Shown: positions 7,737 through 17,711, numbered from the stretch's first letter. The stretch is DNA of 25,945 bases from a virus (IMGVR_UViG_3300020045_014203:1-25945); one strand, 5' to 3'. Program-made: numbers and translations. Notes: generated from the sequence alone by a model not told the origin.

Positions 7737-10023
7737 TCTAGTCCTAGATGATAGCGGCCTTCAAAGTTCCGCATCCTCTGCTGTTGATTCGCTCAAAGCC
7801 GTTGACGCTCAGGTTAATGCCCTTGTAAATGATTTGGGTAATGTTTCTGGCAGCATGAAAAGTGCAATTCCGCCAGAAGCCGCAGTGAATTTACAGGCGC
7901 AGGCACAGGCATTAGGTGATGTCTCAGCGGCATTCAAGGCCCTTAATGCCGACTTACTTAAATCCGCAGGTACAGCCGATGATCTACGCGATTCCCTTAA
8001 AGGCGCGTTTGGCGATAATGCCGACTCTGTCGCTGAATTTATCGACAAAGTTGGTACTGCTCAAGGCGTACTCAAAAACGAAGACCTGGAAGCAGGCGCA
8101 AAAACACTTCAGAAATTAGGCGCGTTTACGGAAGAGAACTTGCAACTTATTGCGGATGTTGCCGTAGCGACAGGCGGTTCAATCGATGGTCTGGCAACTT
8201 CTTTTGGCAAATTTGAGCAATTCGGGGACGCGAAATCCTTTAAAGCTCTGCAACGCGAATTGGGTATAACTCAGGTACAACTTGAAGCGTTAAATGTAGA
8301 GTTTGACGACAAAGGGAAAATCGTTGAGTATGCGGCGAATGTCGATAAAGCCAAAGAGGCGATCAAGCAACTTTCCAACGAAAAATTTGGCGGCGCACTT
8401 GCGGCCGTTTCCGATGATGCCGCCAAATTTGACGGACAGTTAGAGTTACTAAAGCAATCCATTGGCGCCAGTACACTTGAATTTCAGGATGGGGTTAAGT
8501 CAGGCCTGCTCCCCTATATCCAAGGACTTCAGGGGCTTTCTGCGGGCACTAAAGCGGCAATTGGCAATACTGTTTTATTCGCTGGCTCTATTGGTGGCGG
8601 GGTTGCTTCAATTGCCTCATTTGCTGCGACCATGAAAATTATTAACCCTTTAATCTTCACTCAAATAGCCGCATTGGCCAAGGGGACGGCCGCTTGGGTA
8701 GCGCGAGCGGGAGCAATGGCACTTGGGTTTGCCGCCGAGGTAGCCATCGAAGGGCCTATCGTTGCGACGACTGCAGCCCTGTCCTCTCAGGCGGCTGTTT
8801 TGGCCCTGTCCGTAGCAGGCTTGACTCTTATTGCAGGCGCAGCAGCAACAGCGGCAATCGCTTACACCACGCTTTGGACGGAAACAGAAAAGGCTAATGA
8901 TGCACTACTAAAATCAGACTCCCTGCGCGATAAGGGGAAGAAAGACGTACAGGGGAATGCTTCTGTTTCTACTACAAAAATTCTCAATTCCTCTGCCTCT
9001 GATTTAGCCAGAGAGGGTGTAACCGTAAATACCGTCAACCAACGAATCCTTGACGAACAACGCGGCGCAGAGAATTTAAAAGAACAAGGTGACCTGGAAG
9101 CCGCAAAAAGAGCGCAGGCGCGCGTTGTAAAGTTAAGGGCAATTCGGGTTGAGCTTGAAGCGGAAATCAAAAAACAAGCCGCTGCAGAAGACGCACTTGC
9201 CGAAGCGCAACGCCCACGTACCAAAGAAGAAATAAAAGCCGCGAAGGCGCAGCAAAAGATTGACGATAAGAAACAGAAAGAATCGCTTGGAGGCGCAATT
9301 GGTAACGTTGACGACTTACTAAAAGCCGTTGACGCGGATATCAAAGACCAGGAAAAGATTGACCGCGAAGAACAACAGAAGAAGGACAAAGCGGCAAAAC
9401 AAAAACTGTCTGAAGAGAAATCAGCAGAGCGTAAACGCGCCCAGGAAAAGAAAAAGTCAGACAAAGAAATTACTGACCAGAAGAAGAAAGACGCAAAGGA
9501 AGCCGCTGCCCAGGCCAAGCAAGATCAAGACATTATTAATGCAAACGCTAAGGCAGACGAGGCGATTGCAGAGAAAAAGAAAAATGATGCTGCAGTATTA
9601 AAAAAGACTACTGCAACTACCGCTGCGACCGCGTCAATTCCTGACACTGCTTTTAACCCGAATTCGCGCAAGTTGTCCTCTACGGAATTCTCTGGTGGCG
9701 TACTTACCCTAGACCAATTCCTTGCGCAACAATCTGCAGATTTCGGTAATAACCCGTTCCAGAATCGCCTTACAGACCCGAATAAAAGTGCGTTTAAAGC
9801 CGCTGCGACGGCCGCCCCCACCTCTTCCTCTCAGTCTACGATCAACGGTATCGCAGGGGCGGTTGGGGCAGCCGTAAGCGCAGCAAATACCGCGATTGAA
9901 ATTCCTGTGACCGTCAACGTTGACGGCAAAACACAGAAGCAAACCTTCTCTGCGTCTTCGGCTGCAAAAGGCGCAATTGATAGTGCGAAGTTTAATTCCA
10001 ATTTTGTGCTTGGCGAAGTATAG
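7705..10023 (+). CDS. Tape measure protein (start TTG 7705 or ATG 7711)
   Basis: MDLGELKASLVLD N-terminus, Ala-rich helical sequence, central hydrophobic segments, charged coiled coil. Follows the chaperones. Confidence 0.85.
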   Translation: MAMDLGELKASLVLDDSGLQSSASSAVDSLKAVDAQVNALVNDLGNVSGSMKSAIPPEAAVNLQAQAQALGDVSAAFKALNADLLKSAGTADDLRDSLKGAFGDNADSVAEFIDKVGTAQGVLKNEDLEAGAKTLQKLGAFTEENLQLIADVAVATGGSIDGLATSFGKFEQFGDAKSFKALQRELGITQVQLEALNVEFDDKGKIVEYAANVDKAKEAIKQLSNEKFGGALAAVSDDAAKFDGQLELLKQSIGASTLEFQDGVKSGLLPYIQGLQGLSAGTKAAIGNTVLFAGSIGGGVASIASFAATMKIINPLIFTQIAALAKGTAAWVARAGAMALGFAAEVAIEGPIVATTAALSSQAAVLALSVAGLTLIAGAAATAAIAYTTLWTETEKANDALLKSDSLRDKGKKDVQGNASVSTTKILNSSASDLAREGVTVNTVNQRILDEQRGAENLKEQGDLEAAKRAQARVVKLRAIRVELEAEIKKQAAAEDALAEAQRPRTKEEIKAAKAQQKIDDKKQKESLGGAIGNVDDLLKAVDADIKDQEKIDREEQQKKDKAAKQKLSEEKSAERKRAQEKKKSDKEITDQKKKDAKEAAAQAKQDQDIINANAKADEAIAEKKKNDAAVLKKTTATTAATASIPDTAFNPNSRKLSSTEFSGGVLTLDQFLAQQSADFGNNPFQNRLTDPNKSAFKAAATAAPTSSSQSTINGIAGAVGAAVSAANTAIEIPVTVNVDGKTQKQTFSASSAAKGAIDSAKFNSNFVLGEV

Positions 10024-10035
10024 GGAGCAGTGTAA

Positions 10036-10455
10036 ATGGCAACTTTTTTCGAGTCTATCATTATCAAAAAACTAGACAACAGCGGTACGGTCACACTTGA
10101 AGACGTAACTTGTCCCTCTCCATTCCCGCGACCAACTTCGCAATATAGTACCAAGATAAAACGCATGAGAGACGGAGGCGGTTCTGGTTTTGCCATCGCG
10201 CAAATAGGCGGCGCAAGTATTTCAGGCGCGCGCGTTTCGCTTTCCTGCGCTTATCTTACAGACACGCAGGACACTGGAATTGACGCGATTTATAAGGCCG
10301 ATCCTCCGATTGCGTTTAAGCTTTCCATTGATTCAGGAGTGTCTTACTATCGTTGCGTTTTTGACGATGGGGAAAGTTATAAACCGGCACCCTGGCCTGA
10401 ACAATTTGACAGGCTGTCTGCAGAAATCAAAATAGTTATACTAGGAGTGATTTAA
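10036..10455 (+). CDS. Putative distal tail protein
   Basis: 139 aa beta-rich, first gene after the tape measure, GGGAG RBS. Confidence 0.5.
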   Translation: MATFFESIIIKKLDNSGTVTLEDVTCPSPFPRPTSQYSTKIKRMRDGGGSGFAIAQIGGASISGARVSLSCAYLTDTQDTGIDAIYKADPPIAFKLSIDSGVSYYRCVFDDGESYKPAPWPEQFDRLSAEIKIVILGVI

Positions 10456-10457
10456 AA

Positions 10458-11252
10458 ATGGGCGCATTAAATAACACCGATTATATTGGGTATGTGGTAG
10501 AACTTACGATTCCCGCGAATATGCTTAAGCCACCTGCAGACCTGGTTTGTGATATCGATTTGATTGGCGACCCAGAAAGCGGAGTGACGGATTCTGACAT
10601 TAAATACTATGGCGGGAGCGATGGCAATCCTGCCGATGACACCTCTCCAATGGGCGGCGCAATTTCTACCGGGGCGGAATTAGTCGAGGGAACGACCGGC
10701 ACACTAATTCAGACCTGTTCAATTGCTGCGAGCGATCAGACGTACAGGGGTTGCGCGTATAGGAAAAACGAAGACGGTACAAATGACTGGAATAACGCGG
10801 CTTTTACTAATAGAGCAGGCGGAAATCAGTCCGCAATCAGTGATGTTTTCGAGGTTTATTCAACTAGCGCCTCCGACACGGACGACCTTTATTTGTCTAT
10901 GATTTCCGGTTCTGCTTGGGTCGAAGAATATGTGACCATGACCGGCACTTCGCACGTTACTTCAGCAAATGCAATTGACGCTTCTGCGCATTGGGTAGCA
11001 CAGTACGGTAACGGCGCAATCCCTGTTGGCGATATCTATCTTAAGGTGAATTCAATTATAGTTGGAGTGATTTACGGTTCTACAGGCGGCAATGGAAACT
11101 ATATGGCAAGCTCTTTGTACCGCATTGCCGTAAAAACTACCAAGAATTCTACAATTTCAGCTGCAGACAGGAAGACTGATCCTGCTTCGATTTCCGCCTA
11201 TACGCGCGCCACTTATTGGCCTGGGAATGACTCCTCCTTGGCGGTTCCGTAA
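10458..11252 (+). CDS. Minor tail/virion structural protein (apparently circularly permuted)
   Basis: AGGAG RBS. Internal SDIKYY...MGGAIS and YRGCAYRKN motifs resemble a widespread phage virion protein family (recognised from memory). Confidence 0.6.
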   Translation: MGALNNTDYIGYVVELTIPANMLKPPADLVCDIDLIGDPESGVTDSDIKYYGGSDGNPADDTSPMGGAISTGAELVEGTTGTLIQTCSIAASDQTYRGCAYRKNEDGTNDWNNAAFTNRAGGNQSAISDVFEVYSTSASDTDDLYLSMISGSAWVEEYVTMTGTSHVTSANAIDASAHWVAQYGNGAIPVGDIYLKVNSIIVGVIYGSTGGNGNYMASSLYRIAVKTTKNSTISAADRKTDPASISAYTRATYWPGNDSSLAVP

Positions 11253-12805
11253 TGCCGGCTACACATTCGCCGCGGCAAGGCATAACGGCGCTTTATACGG
11301 CGTCTCATTCGCCCAGACAGGGCCGGACTTCGCTTACTTTCCATTCCCCAAGGCAAGGCAAAACCGCACTATCCTCCCTCGTTCATTCCCCACGACAGGG
11401 CCGCACCTCGCTTTACACGGCCGCGTTCACTTCTGTTTACGTAGACCCCCAATTGGCAACCTGGGTAGGCACGGGAACGGAATTAGTGTGCCCTGTAATT
11501 GAGATGACACTTTCTGGCGTTGATATCCGGCCATACCTTCTCGAATTTACGCTAACCAGACCTTTTAACGGCAAAATGACCCTCGACTGTAAATTCGCGC
11601 GCACGTATACAAACAATCTGTGCGACGATTCGAGCGATTTATCACTGCCTGGCTACGGCATGTTTGCTGGATTAGTCAGGCAGTTTTCCGCAGACAATTC
11701 GCGCTACCTACAAATGACAATTTCCGTCGCAGGTGATAAATGGACGGCGCCAACCTTTTACCCGCTTCAGCCGTCTGACAATGGCGAGGTTATAGAATGG
11801 AAGTTCGAAGATTTAACCTGCTTGCTTGAAAATTACTCGCACGACTTTGAGGATGTTGTTTATGATGCTGGTGACAGAAAAGCGGCTTTAAGCGAAATTA
11901 GAGAAATCGCAAGGTCTGTTAATATTTCTGCGGTTGCGCAGTTTTTCGACTTTACTATTTCGCGCCAGAATAGGGGAAGAAACCAAAACCCGCTTGGTCT
12001 TATGGACGAAATTGCTAAGGTGGCGCAGGCCGGTCGAAGGGTAGTTGGTGACACTATTTACTACACTCCTGCAAGCATTTCGAGTGTACCCAAGTGGACT
12101 TTCAGCAATAGGCTGAATATTGCCGACCTGCGTAAGTATGAATTGCCGAAGTGTAAAAACAGCTGGAACTTCTCGCGTGTTGAGCAAATTGGAGGAGTGT
12201 TAGGGCGCAAGGTAATTACTACCGCAGGCTTTAACACAATGACTTTCAATCCTCCAAGTAAGTACATACAGGTGGAAGTAAATGCGATTGGAGCAACACC
12301 TATAACTTGGCAGTATTTTAATTCCGCTGGCACACTGCTAAATTTCACGCCAGAAACCAATTGGTTTCAGTCAAGTGAAAATATCGCAAGCGCAAGGTTT
12401 ATTGTTACGCCTGACGCGCCTGGTACGGCCATAGAAGTTACGTTGACCGCCAGGGGTGCACCACGTACGTCAATGGGCGCCACTACGGCAACCAGGAGTA
12501 ATGCGGCCTTGCAGTCTGTATATGGAGAAAATCCCGAGAGGAGTGAAATTCAATCCTCTCTGGTGCTTGACGGAGGTACGCTCTCCAGAATGGCGGATGC
12601 TTGGGAAAACGAGTGTGTCAGAAATGTTTACGGGTTGGACTTAAATACGCCACACGCAAACCCACATATTGAGCCAGGCGACACTATTTCTGTAACAGAC
12701 GTACTTACTAGGCAGGCAAATGAGTTATGGTTTGTTGATTTGCATGTTTTTAGATGGACGCCGTATGAATGGGAAACTACACTGAAAGGTTCGCACGGGT
12801 TATAG
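11252..12805 (+). CDS. Baseplate hub/Tal-like tail protein with N-terminal HSPRQG repeats
   Basis: C-terminal NPHIEPGDTISVTD...WFV....F.W....WETTL resembles hub-protein C-termini. TAATG-coupled to the upstream gene. Confidence 0.6.
   Translation: MPATHSPRQGITALYTASHSPRQGRTSLTFHSPRQGKTALSSLVHSPRQGRTSLYTAAFTSVYVDPQLATWVGTGTELVCPVIEMTLSGVDIRPYLLEFTLTRPFNGKMTLDCKFARTYTNNLCDDSSDLSLPGYGMFAGLVRQFSADNSRYLQMTISVAGDKWTAPTFYPLQPSDNGEVIEWKFEDLTCLLENYSHDFEDVVYDAGDRKAALSEIREIARSVNISAVAQFFDFTISRQNRGRNQNPLGLMDEIAKVAQAGRRVVGDTIYYTPASISSVPKWTFSNRLNIADLRKYELPKCKNSWNFSRVEQIGGVLGRKVITTAGFNTMTFNPPSKYIQVEVNAIGATPITWQYFNSAGTLLNFTPETNWFQSSENIASARFIVTPDAPGTAIEVTLTARGAPRTSMGATTATRSNAALQSVYGENPERSEIQSSLVLDGGTLSRMADAWENECVRNVYGLDLNTPHANPHIEPGDTISVTDVLTRQANELWFVDLHVFRWTPYEWETTLKGSHGL
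11264..11422 (+). repeat. Four coding repeats HSPRQG(I/R/K)T(A/S)L
   Basis: Start at residues 5, 19, 31 and 45 of the 517-aa ORF. Confidence 0.9.
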
Positions 12806-12807
12806 GG

Positions 12808-13062
12808 ATGGATGGCTTTGAATTTAGCAAAAACGTAAATTCCGCTATTCGTAGTCAAGTGCAAAACTACGCGAGCAACGCTAACAAGTCCCTTTCCGGC
12901 ACCGTCGATTCCTCTTCCGCAGGTTATGCCGACATTAATACAAGCGAAGGCCTAAAACGCGGAGTAAGCACCAATGGCGCCACTTTGTCTGTTGGAGAAA
13001 GCGTGTCTATAGTATCGCAGGGTGGAATTTGGGCAATTACTGGAAGCGGGCTCTATAAATAG
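12808..13062 (+). CDS. Small tail-tip protein, OB-fold-like (start revised to ATG 12808)
   Basis: ATG lies 2 nt after the upstream stop. C-terminal LSVGESVSIV...WAITG pattern. Confidence 0.55.
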   Translation: MDGFEFSKNVNSAIRSQVQNYASNANKSLSGTVDSSSAGYADINTSEGLKRGVSTNGATLSVGESVSIVSQGGIWAITGSGLYK

Positions 13063-15599
13063 TGGAAATTAACGTAAGCCTTACCCGTGTAGATAAGACC
13101 CAAACCCCCGTAGACACGCGCGCGAACGCAAGTAATACGGTTAAGGATATGCTTGCCTTTAACGAGGTTTTTGAAGTCGTTCTGCATGTTGGCGCGAATA
13201 GATTTAACCTGCGCAATTCGGCAAAGCGCCTAAAATGGGTAGAGGCAGAGGACCCTACATTGTATCAATGGGTACACCCTGGCGACGCGGTTTTGGTCGC
13301 TTATGATAATTTTGACAAAAACAAACCAAAGATAGTCGGACACCTGGGGAAAATTCAATACGAAACCCCTGCGGTTATTGTTATTATCGTTGACTGGATG
13401 CAGTCCAACTATTCCCCTTCGCAAAACGCGTTAGGCGGGTTGGTTGACGTACTTTTGTATACAATCGACCCCGCGACTGTTACGCAATGGGATTTGCCCA
13501 CCTCCGATGACTCGATGATTATAAATGCGGAATTCATTGCTTATGGGTTGGGGAAATACACAGACAGTAACGAAGTAAGTTTCTATGCTAGTATGTTTCC
13601 GCAAAAAAGAGAATCAGATGGGTTTATTCGAATTTGCTCAGGCGTATGGAATGCATCCGATAAATCGCTTGTGTCGTTAAAGGCGCATAGCGCATACGTC
13701 GACCCTGTTGATTTTCTAGAGCAGGCATTGCCGAATTTTACTCAATTTATCTCCGCTGTTGATAATTGGGTTTTTGTTGTCTTGAATACGACTTTTTCTG
13801 GCGACCATATCTATTCTTCACATAGTTCTTTGACAGACGTAATTTCCAGTTCCCTCTCCGTCCCTTCGCCAGGCGTAAGTATTAAGTCTTGGCTTGAAGG
13901 GAGCGTGAAGAATTTTTACATGGTTGCTCCCTATTTTGAAGCGGCGCCTACATCTAGCGATACAATTATCTTCCTAAAACTAAATCAAACAACCGGAGAA
14001 TGGGCGCCCTATTCTGATAGAGTTATATCGACTATTCCAAACGGAGGCGCAACAATATCCCCAGACCTTATCAAGAATTCACCAATTGCCCCCTTAGCGT
14101 GGATACTAAATGAGCCGATAGTATTTACTAGCGGCGGCATACTCGTTTCTGCGGATGAATACTCCGCGTTAAACTGGACGCTTCGGTCAATCATTCCAAG
14201 CAGTGGCGGCAACGGCGCGTTTTTAAAATCCAAGAATATTGCTGCCGTTGAAAACCCAACACTACTTGTGCCTGGGTCGCTAAAAACAGAGGTGGCGCTA
14301 TATGAGCACCCGTTGATTTACGTTGACGTTGACAATATTTGGCAAGGTGGTTTGGTATTCTCTTCTGACTCAAGTTCTGACTACAGCAAATTCAAAAAGA
14401 TTGCTCCAATTTTGCTTCCTGTTAAATTATCAAATAATATCAGGCTAGACACTGTGGAAAGCAGAATGGCTAATGATTCAACAGGCGCGACGCAATGGCC
14501 ATACGAAGTGGAGAACAACGGGAATGTTATTGTTGACGAAGCGGGTACCGTTTGGAGTGTAATCCTCGAACCTGAGCAATGTCTGTATGGGGGCAGTTAT
14601 TCGCTCGTTGATTCCGGTACTACACATGAAAGTTACTTGGTGTTTCTGTCTACCCAGGTAACGGGCTCTCCTCCTGTCACTGGTTCTTTTTATAGTCCTG
14701 ATGCAACGGTTACGCAAAATGTAGGCAGTGGGACAATCACAGTTACTTCCGGCTCAAGCGGAACATACGAGGAATACTTAGGTCCTGGTGGCGCATTGTC
14801 GTTTGCCGCATATATGGAGGTTTCACCTGGTCCTGACTTTGATATGTGGAATTGGCAATGGAATCAAAACCACGGGTTAAGGTTAAAAACAATTCTTCGC
14901 GGACACAGGTCTAATGGAACCATTGTTGAGCAGGATATTTCTCAAATACAAGACGCGGTCACCTTTGCCACATTGGGGAAACCAACAACTACTGACGTTA
15001 TGGTTGTGCAGGAAGGTCTTGAAATTGGTGACAATGTTTGGCAATTAATATCGTTTGCCGACAAAAATCTTGTAGCCATTCTTCGCGATTTACACGCAGA
15101 TAGTGCAGGGAGTAATCCTAGTCCTGCGATTGAAATTTGGGAAATCGGCGCCACTACGGCAACCAAATTAAGTACAGTTCGATTGGGTAGTTATACTGAA
15201 TTGCTCGCAACCGACACACTCCCTGATACAAGGGTTGGCGATCAACAATGGAACCCGTACGCCTACGGGCCGCCACGAATGAAAGCCTGCAGGAAAAGCG
15301 GTACTGAAAATACTCCCGTTATATTGGCCATGGTTTGCGAGGAAAAGAAAGTCGACACTGCTACTGAAAGCGAATTTTCTCGCGTTTGCTATGCGATTAT
15401 TGAACTTAATTTTCCTGACTCTCCAGACGTTGTTTATTCTGCGCACACTTCTGCCGATCTTGGCGTTGGCAATGGTATTGGCAAACCAGAGGACACTGAT
15501 TTTTTTGGGCCGATTTGGGATAGCTGGGATTCCCTGGTCCTAACTCCTGGAGGCGTCGCTTGGGTCAAAGACAGTCAACTAAACGAGGTTTCCATTTAA
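13062..15599 (+). CDS. Large tail-tip/receptor-binding protein
   Basis: 845 aa, acidic and beta-rich. N-terminal PGDAVLVAYDNFDKNKPKIVGHL resembles the gp5/gpV/VgrG OB-fold motif. Confidence 0.6.
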   Translation: MEINVSLTRVDKTQTPVDTRANASNTVKDMLAFNEVFEVVLHVGANRFNLRNSAKRLKWVEAEDPTLYQWVHPGDAVLVAYDNFDKNKPKIVGHLGKIQYETPAVIVIIVDWMQSNYSPSQNALGGLVDVLLYTIDPATVTQWDLPTSDDSMIINAEFIAYGLGKYTDSNEVSFYASMFPQKRESDGFIRICSGVWNASDKSLVSLKAHSAYVDPVDFLEQALPNFTQFISAVDNWVFVVLNTTFSGDHIYSSHSSLTDVISSSLSVPSPGVSIKSWLEGSVKNFYMVAPYFEAAPTSSDTIIFLKLNQTTGEWAPYSDRVISTIPNGGATISPDLIKNSPIAPLAWILNEPIVFTSGGILVSADEYSALNWTLRSIIPSSGGNGAFLKSKNIAAVENPTLLVPGSLKTEVALYEHPLIYVDVDNIWQGGLVFSSDSSSDYSKFKKIAPILLPVKLSNNIRLDTVESRMANDSTGATQWPYEVENNGNVIVDEAGTVWSVILEPEQCLYGGSYSLVDSGTTHESYLVFLSTQVTGSPPVTGSFYSPDATVTQNVGSGTITVTSGSSGTYEEYLGPGGALSFAAYMEVSPGPDFDMWNWQWNQNHGLRLKTILRGHRSNGTIVEQDISQIQDAVTFATLGKPTTTDVMVVQEGLEIGDNVWQLISFADKNLVAILRDLHADSAGSNPSPAIEIWEIGATTATKLSTVRLGSYTELLATDTLPDTRVGDQQWNPYAYGPPRMKACRKSGTENTPVILAMVCEEKKVDTATESEFSRVCYAIIELNFPDSPDVVYSAHTSADLGVGNGIGKPEDTDFFGPIWDSWDSLVLTPGGVAWVKDSQLNEVSI

Positions 15600-15716
15600 T
15601 TTATACATGGTAACACAAGTTTGTGCAATAACGCCCTAGAGCGGTAGTATCCTCACTACAAGATACAGACATTGTGACATAAACAGACACTTAGCGCGTG
15701 TGAAAGGGTGTATAAA

Positions 15717-16079
15717 ATGGGATTTAATCGACCAGTGAACCAAAACACTGACGCAGACAGAGTTGTGGCAATTGCTGCTGGCCAATATGCGTATTACAAT
15801 TTCGTAGGGGACATTAATGATGCGAGTTTGAAATATGCTCGCGAATTGTCTGCAATGGTTTTTTCTGACGCGGACGTTACACATTGGTTTGAATGGGGGC
15901 GGGCTGTAGACTCAGCTGCTTCGCTGCCTTACGCCTCTACTCCCTCGACTGTTTTGGCAGGGGATAGCAAGGGTCAAATCGTTAGCGTTTGCGGCGCGCC
16001 TCAGAGGGTTAGACATGTTGTTTATAACGCTGGCGGTAGTACTGCAAATATCATTCGCGATTTGGCGGTATACGGCTAA
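15717..16079 (+). CDS. Hypothetical virion protein (start revised to ATG 15717)
   Basis: GAAAGGGTG RBS upstream. TAATG-coupled to the next gene. Confidence 0.6.
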   Translation: MGFNRPVNQNTDADRVVAIAAGQYAYYNFVGDINDASLKYARELSAMVFSDADVTHWFEWGRAVDSAASLPYASTPSTVLAGDSKGQIVSVCGAPQRVRHVVYNAGGSTANIIRDLAVYG

Positions 16080-16603
16080 TGGCAGGAATTGATTTAGTCG
16101 GCAATATTGATTTTCAACCAAGCGGGTCAAGTGGAGGCGGAGGTGGCGGAACTGCTTCTTATGGAGGAGTTTCTTGCGGAAAAACTTCAGACCAAGCGAT
16201 CAGTAGCGCCACACTTACGGACGTTACTTGGACCAATCAGGTTATCGCGCCTACCTCCCACGTAAGTCACTCTACCGGCACAAACCCGGCTGAAGTAACA
16301 ATAAATACCGCTGATAAATATAGTATTTCTGGTATTATTTCTGCGGATTATGCCAGTAACGGAGGCGCTGCAGCCACCTACGTTAAAATCACCGTAAACG
16401 GAACAGAGGTAGCTAGATATCAGGCAAGCGCATGGACGGCATCCCCTATTTACGGGCCAATCCCATTTATGTTAGAGCGGGCGTTTTCGGCAGCCGATGT
16501 TGTGAAAATTCAGTTTTACCCAGGAGCAACTACTGCCACAATTCACGGCCAAACCTCTAGCGTCAACCGCACACACCTGCAAATAAAACATTCGGGGAGC
16601 TAA
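16079..16603 (+). CDS. Short tail fibre/adhesin with C1q/TNF-like head
   Basis: Gly linker, then a jelly-roll-like pattern (DQAISSAT.TDVTW, TINTADKYSISG, FSAADVVKIQFY). Confidence 0.55.
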   Translation: MAGIDLVGNIDFQPSGSSGGGGGGTASYGGVSCGKTSDQAISSATLTDVTWTNQVIAPTSHVSHSTGTNPAEVTINTADKYSISGIISADYASNGGAAATYVKITVNGTEVARYQASAWTASPIYGPIPFMLERAFSAADVVKIQFYPGATTATIHGQTSSVNRTHLQIKHSGS

Positions 16604-16605
16604 AA

Positions 16606-16908
16606 ATGCAATATCCTACATCACTTGGCGAATACCTAGCTACTAATTTTCCGGCATCCAAGGCCTACGCGTACGACGATGGAAAATCTATTTCTCTTGT
16701 CGATTGGGATAAGAGCGATGGAAAAAGACCTTCTCCCGAAGATGTCGAGGCCTGGGTGCCTGATGAAAAACCGACAAAACCGATTGTTGCAATCGAGACA
16801 AAAATCGCATTGGCTAAATCCGCAGGAACGGCTACGATAAAGACTGCAACCAATACCGAAATTCTTGAGCATATTGTAGAAGTCTTGAAGTCCAGAGGAA
16901 TTCTTTAA
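16606..16908 (+). CDS. XkdW-like fibre-associated protein
   Basis: L...FP...DDG.....VDW.....RPS.EDV pattern. Follows the fibre gene; GGGGAG RBS. Confidence 0.5.
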   Translation: MQYPTSLGEYLATNFPASKAYAYDDGKSISLVDWDKSDGKRPSPEDVEAWVPDEKPTKPIVAIETKIALAKSAGTATIKTATNTEILEHIVEVLKSRGIL

Positions 16909-16960
16909 GCGACTAAAAGACGGGGAGATAAATAAGTAAATAACAAGGAGGTTTTTAAAA

Positions 16961-17260
16961 ATGGATTACAGTCAAATAGTCGCAGGAATTCTACAATTAA
17001 AAGAAGTTATCGCCTTGGTAACCCTCGTTGCGGTAATTTACCAACTTCTTACAAAACTAATTCCCTTTCTTTTAATGAGGGAACAGGAACGAAGCGAGCG
17101 GGAAGCGGCGAGACACCAACTAAATTACAGCAAACTTGAGGAATGCCTTGAGAAACTTTCGGTCGAAATTCGTGGCGGTCTTGTGCAATTGAAAGACGCG
17201 ATTGTTGATATCGCACACGGATCGATGGTTGGACAAAAAACAGGAAGAGGTGGAAACTAA
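16961..17260 (+). CDS. Putative holin (single TM + coiled coil, BhlA-like)
   Basis: AAGGAGG RBS. N-terminal hydrophobic helix and charged C-terminus. Upstream of the lysin. Confidence 0.55.
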   Translation: MDYSQIVAGILQLKEVIALVTLVAVIYQLLTKLIPFLLMREQERSEREAARHQLNYSKLEECLEKLSVEIRGGLVQLKDAIVDIAHGSMVGQKTGRGGN

Positions 17261-17709
17261 TGGTTAAATTCTTAGGTCTTTGCAATAGCGCGACTGTGGA
17301 AAATCCTACGGCGCCAGGGATGTTGCAAATTGATGCGGCAAATGGACAAACGCGGTTGGCGGTATTTATGCTTGACTGGCAAAACCCGTCTGCATCGATG
17401 GCAAACGTTCCCAATATGGTCGCGGCAGGCAATGGGGATTACAAAGCACACCCCTTACAGGCAACCACGAACGAAAGAATCAATTCCGCCCTGGCGTTGT
17501 ATAACGTTGTTGAGGAATCGCTCAGAGACAACAAAATTGACGTTGCAGAGGGGTTGAAAATTCTGCAGGCCGCTGCACAAACGGCAACAGGAAAGACCAG
17601 TTTGCAGGACCAGTTCTCTAGCGTTTTTGATACCCTCTCTGGGCTGTACAGCAAAGCGACGGCAAGCAAGTCCAAACCTGTTATCGATAAGGCCCTAGGG
17701 GGTAAATAA
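17260..17709 (+). CDS. Hypothetical protein in lysis cassette
   Basis: 149 aa, coupled between holin and lysin, GAGGTG RBS. Confidence 0.6.
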   Translation: MVKFLGLCNSATVENPTAPGMLQIDAANGQTRLAVFMLDWQNPSASMANVPNMVAAGNGDYKAHPLQATTNERINSALALYNVVEESLRDNKIDVAEGLKILQAAAQTATGKTSLQDQFSSVFDTLSGLYSKATASKSKPVIDKALGGK

Positions 17710-17711
17710 AC

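Noticed and set aside
8862-9518. 218-aa minus-strand ORF and similar antisense ORFs (e.g. 18408..19067, 2497..2904)
   Set aside because: Shadow frames of K/E/A-rich sense genes, with S/F/A-rich mirror composition.
13062-16603. Diversity-generating retroelement or invertible tail-fibre cassette
   Set aside because: No reverse transcriptase, recombinase, or template/variable repeat pair noticed in the window. A by-eye search cannot exclude elements outside it.
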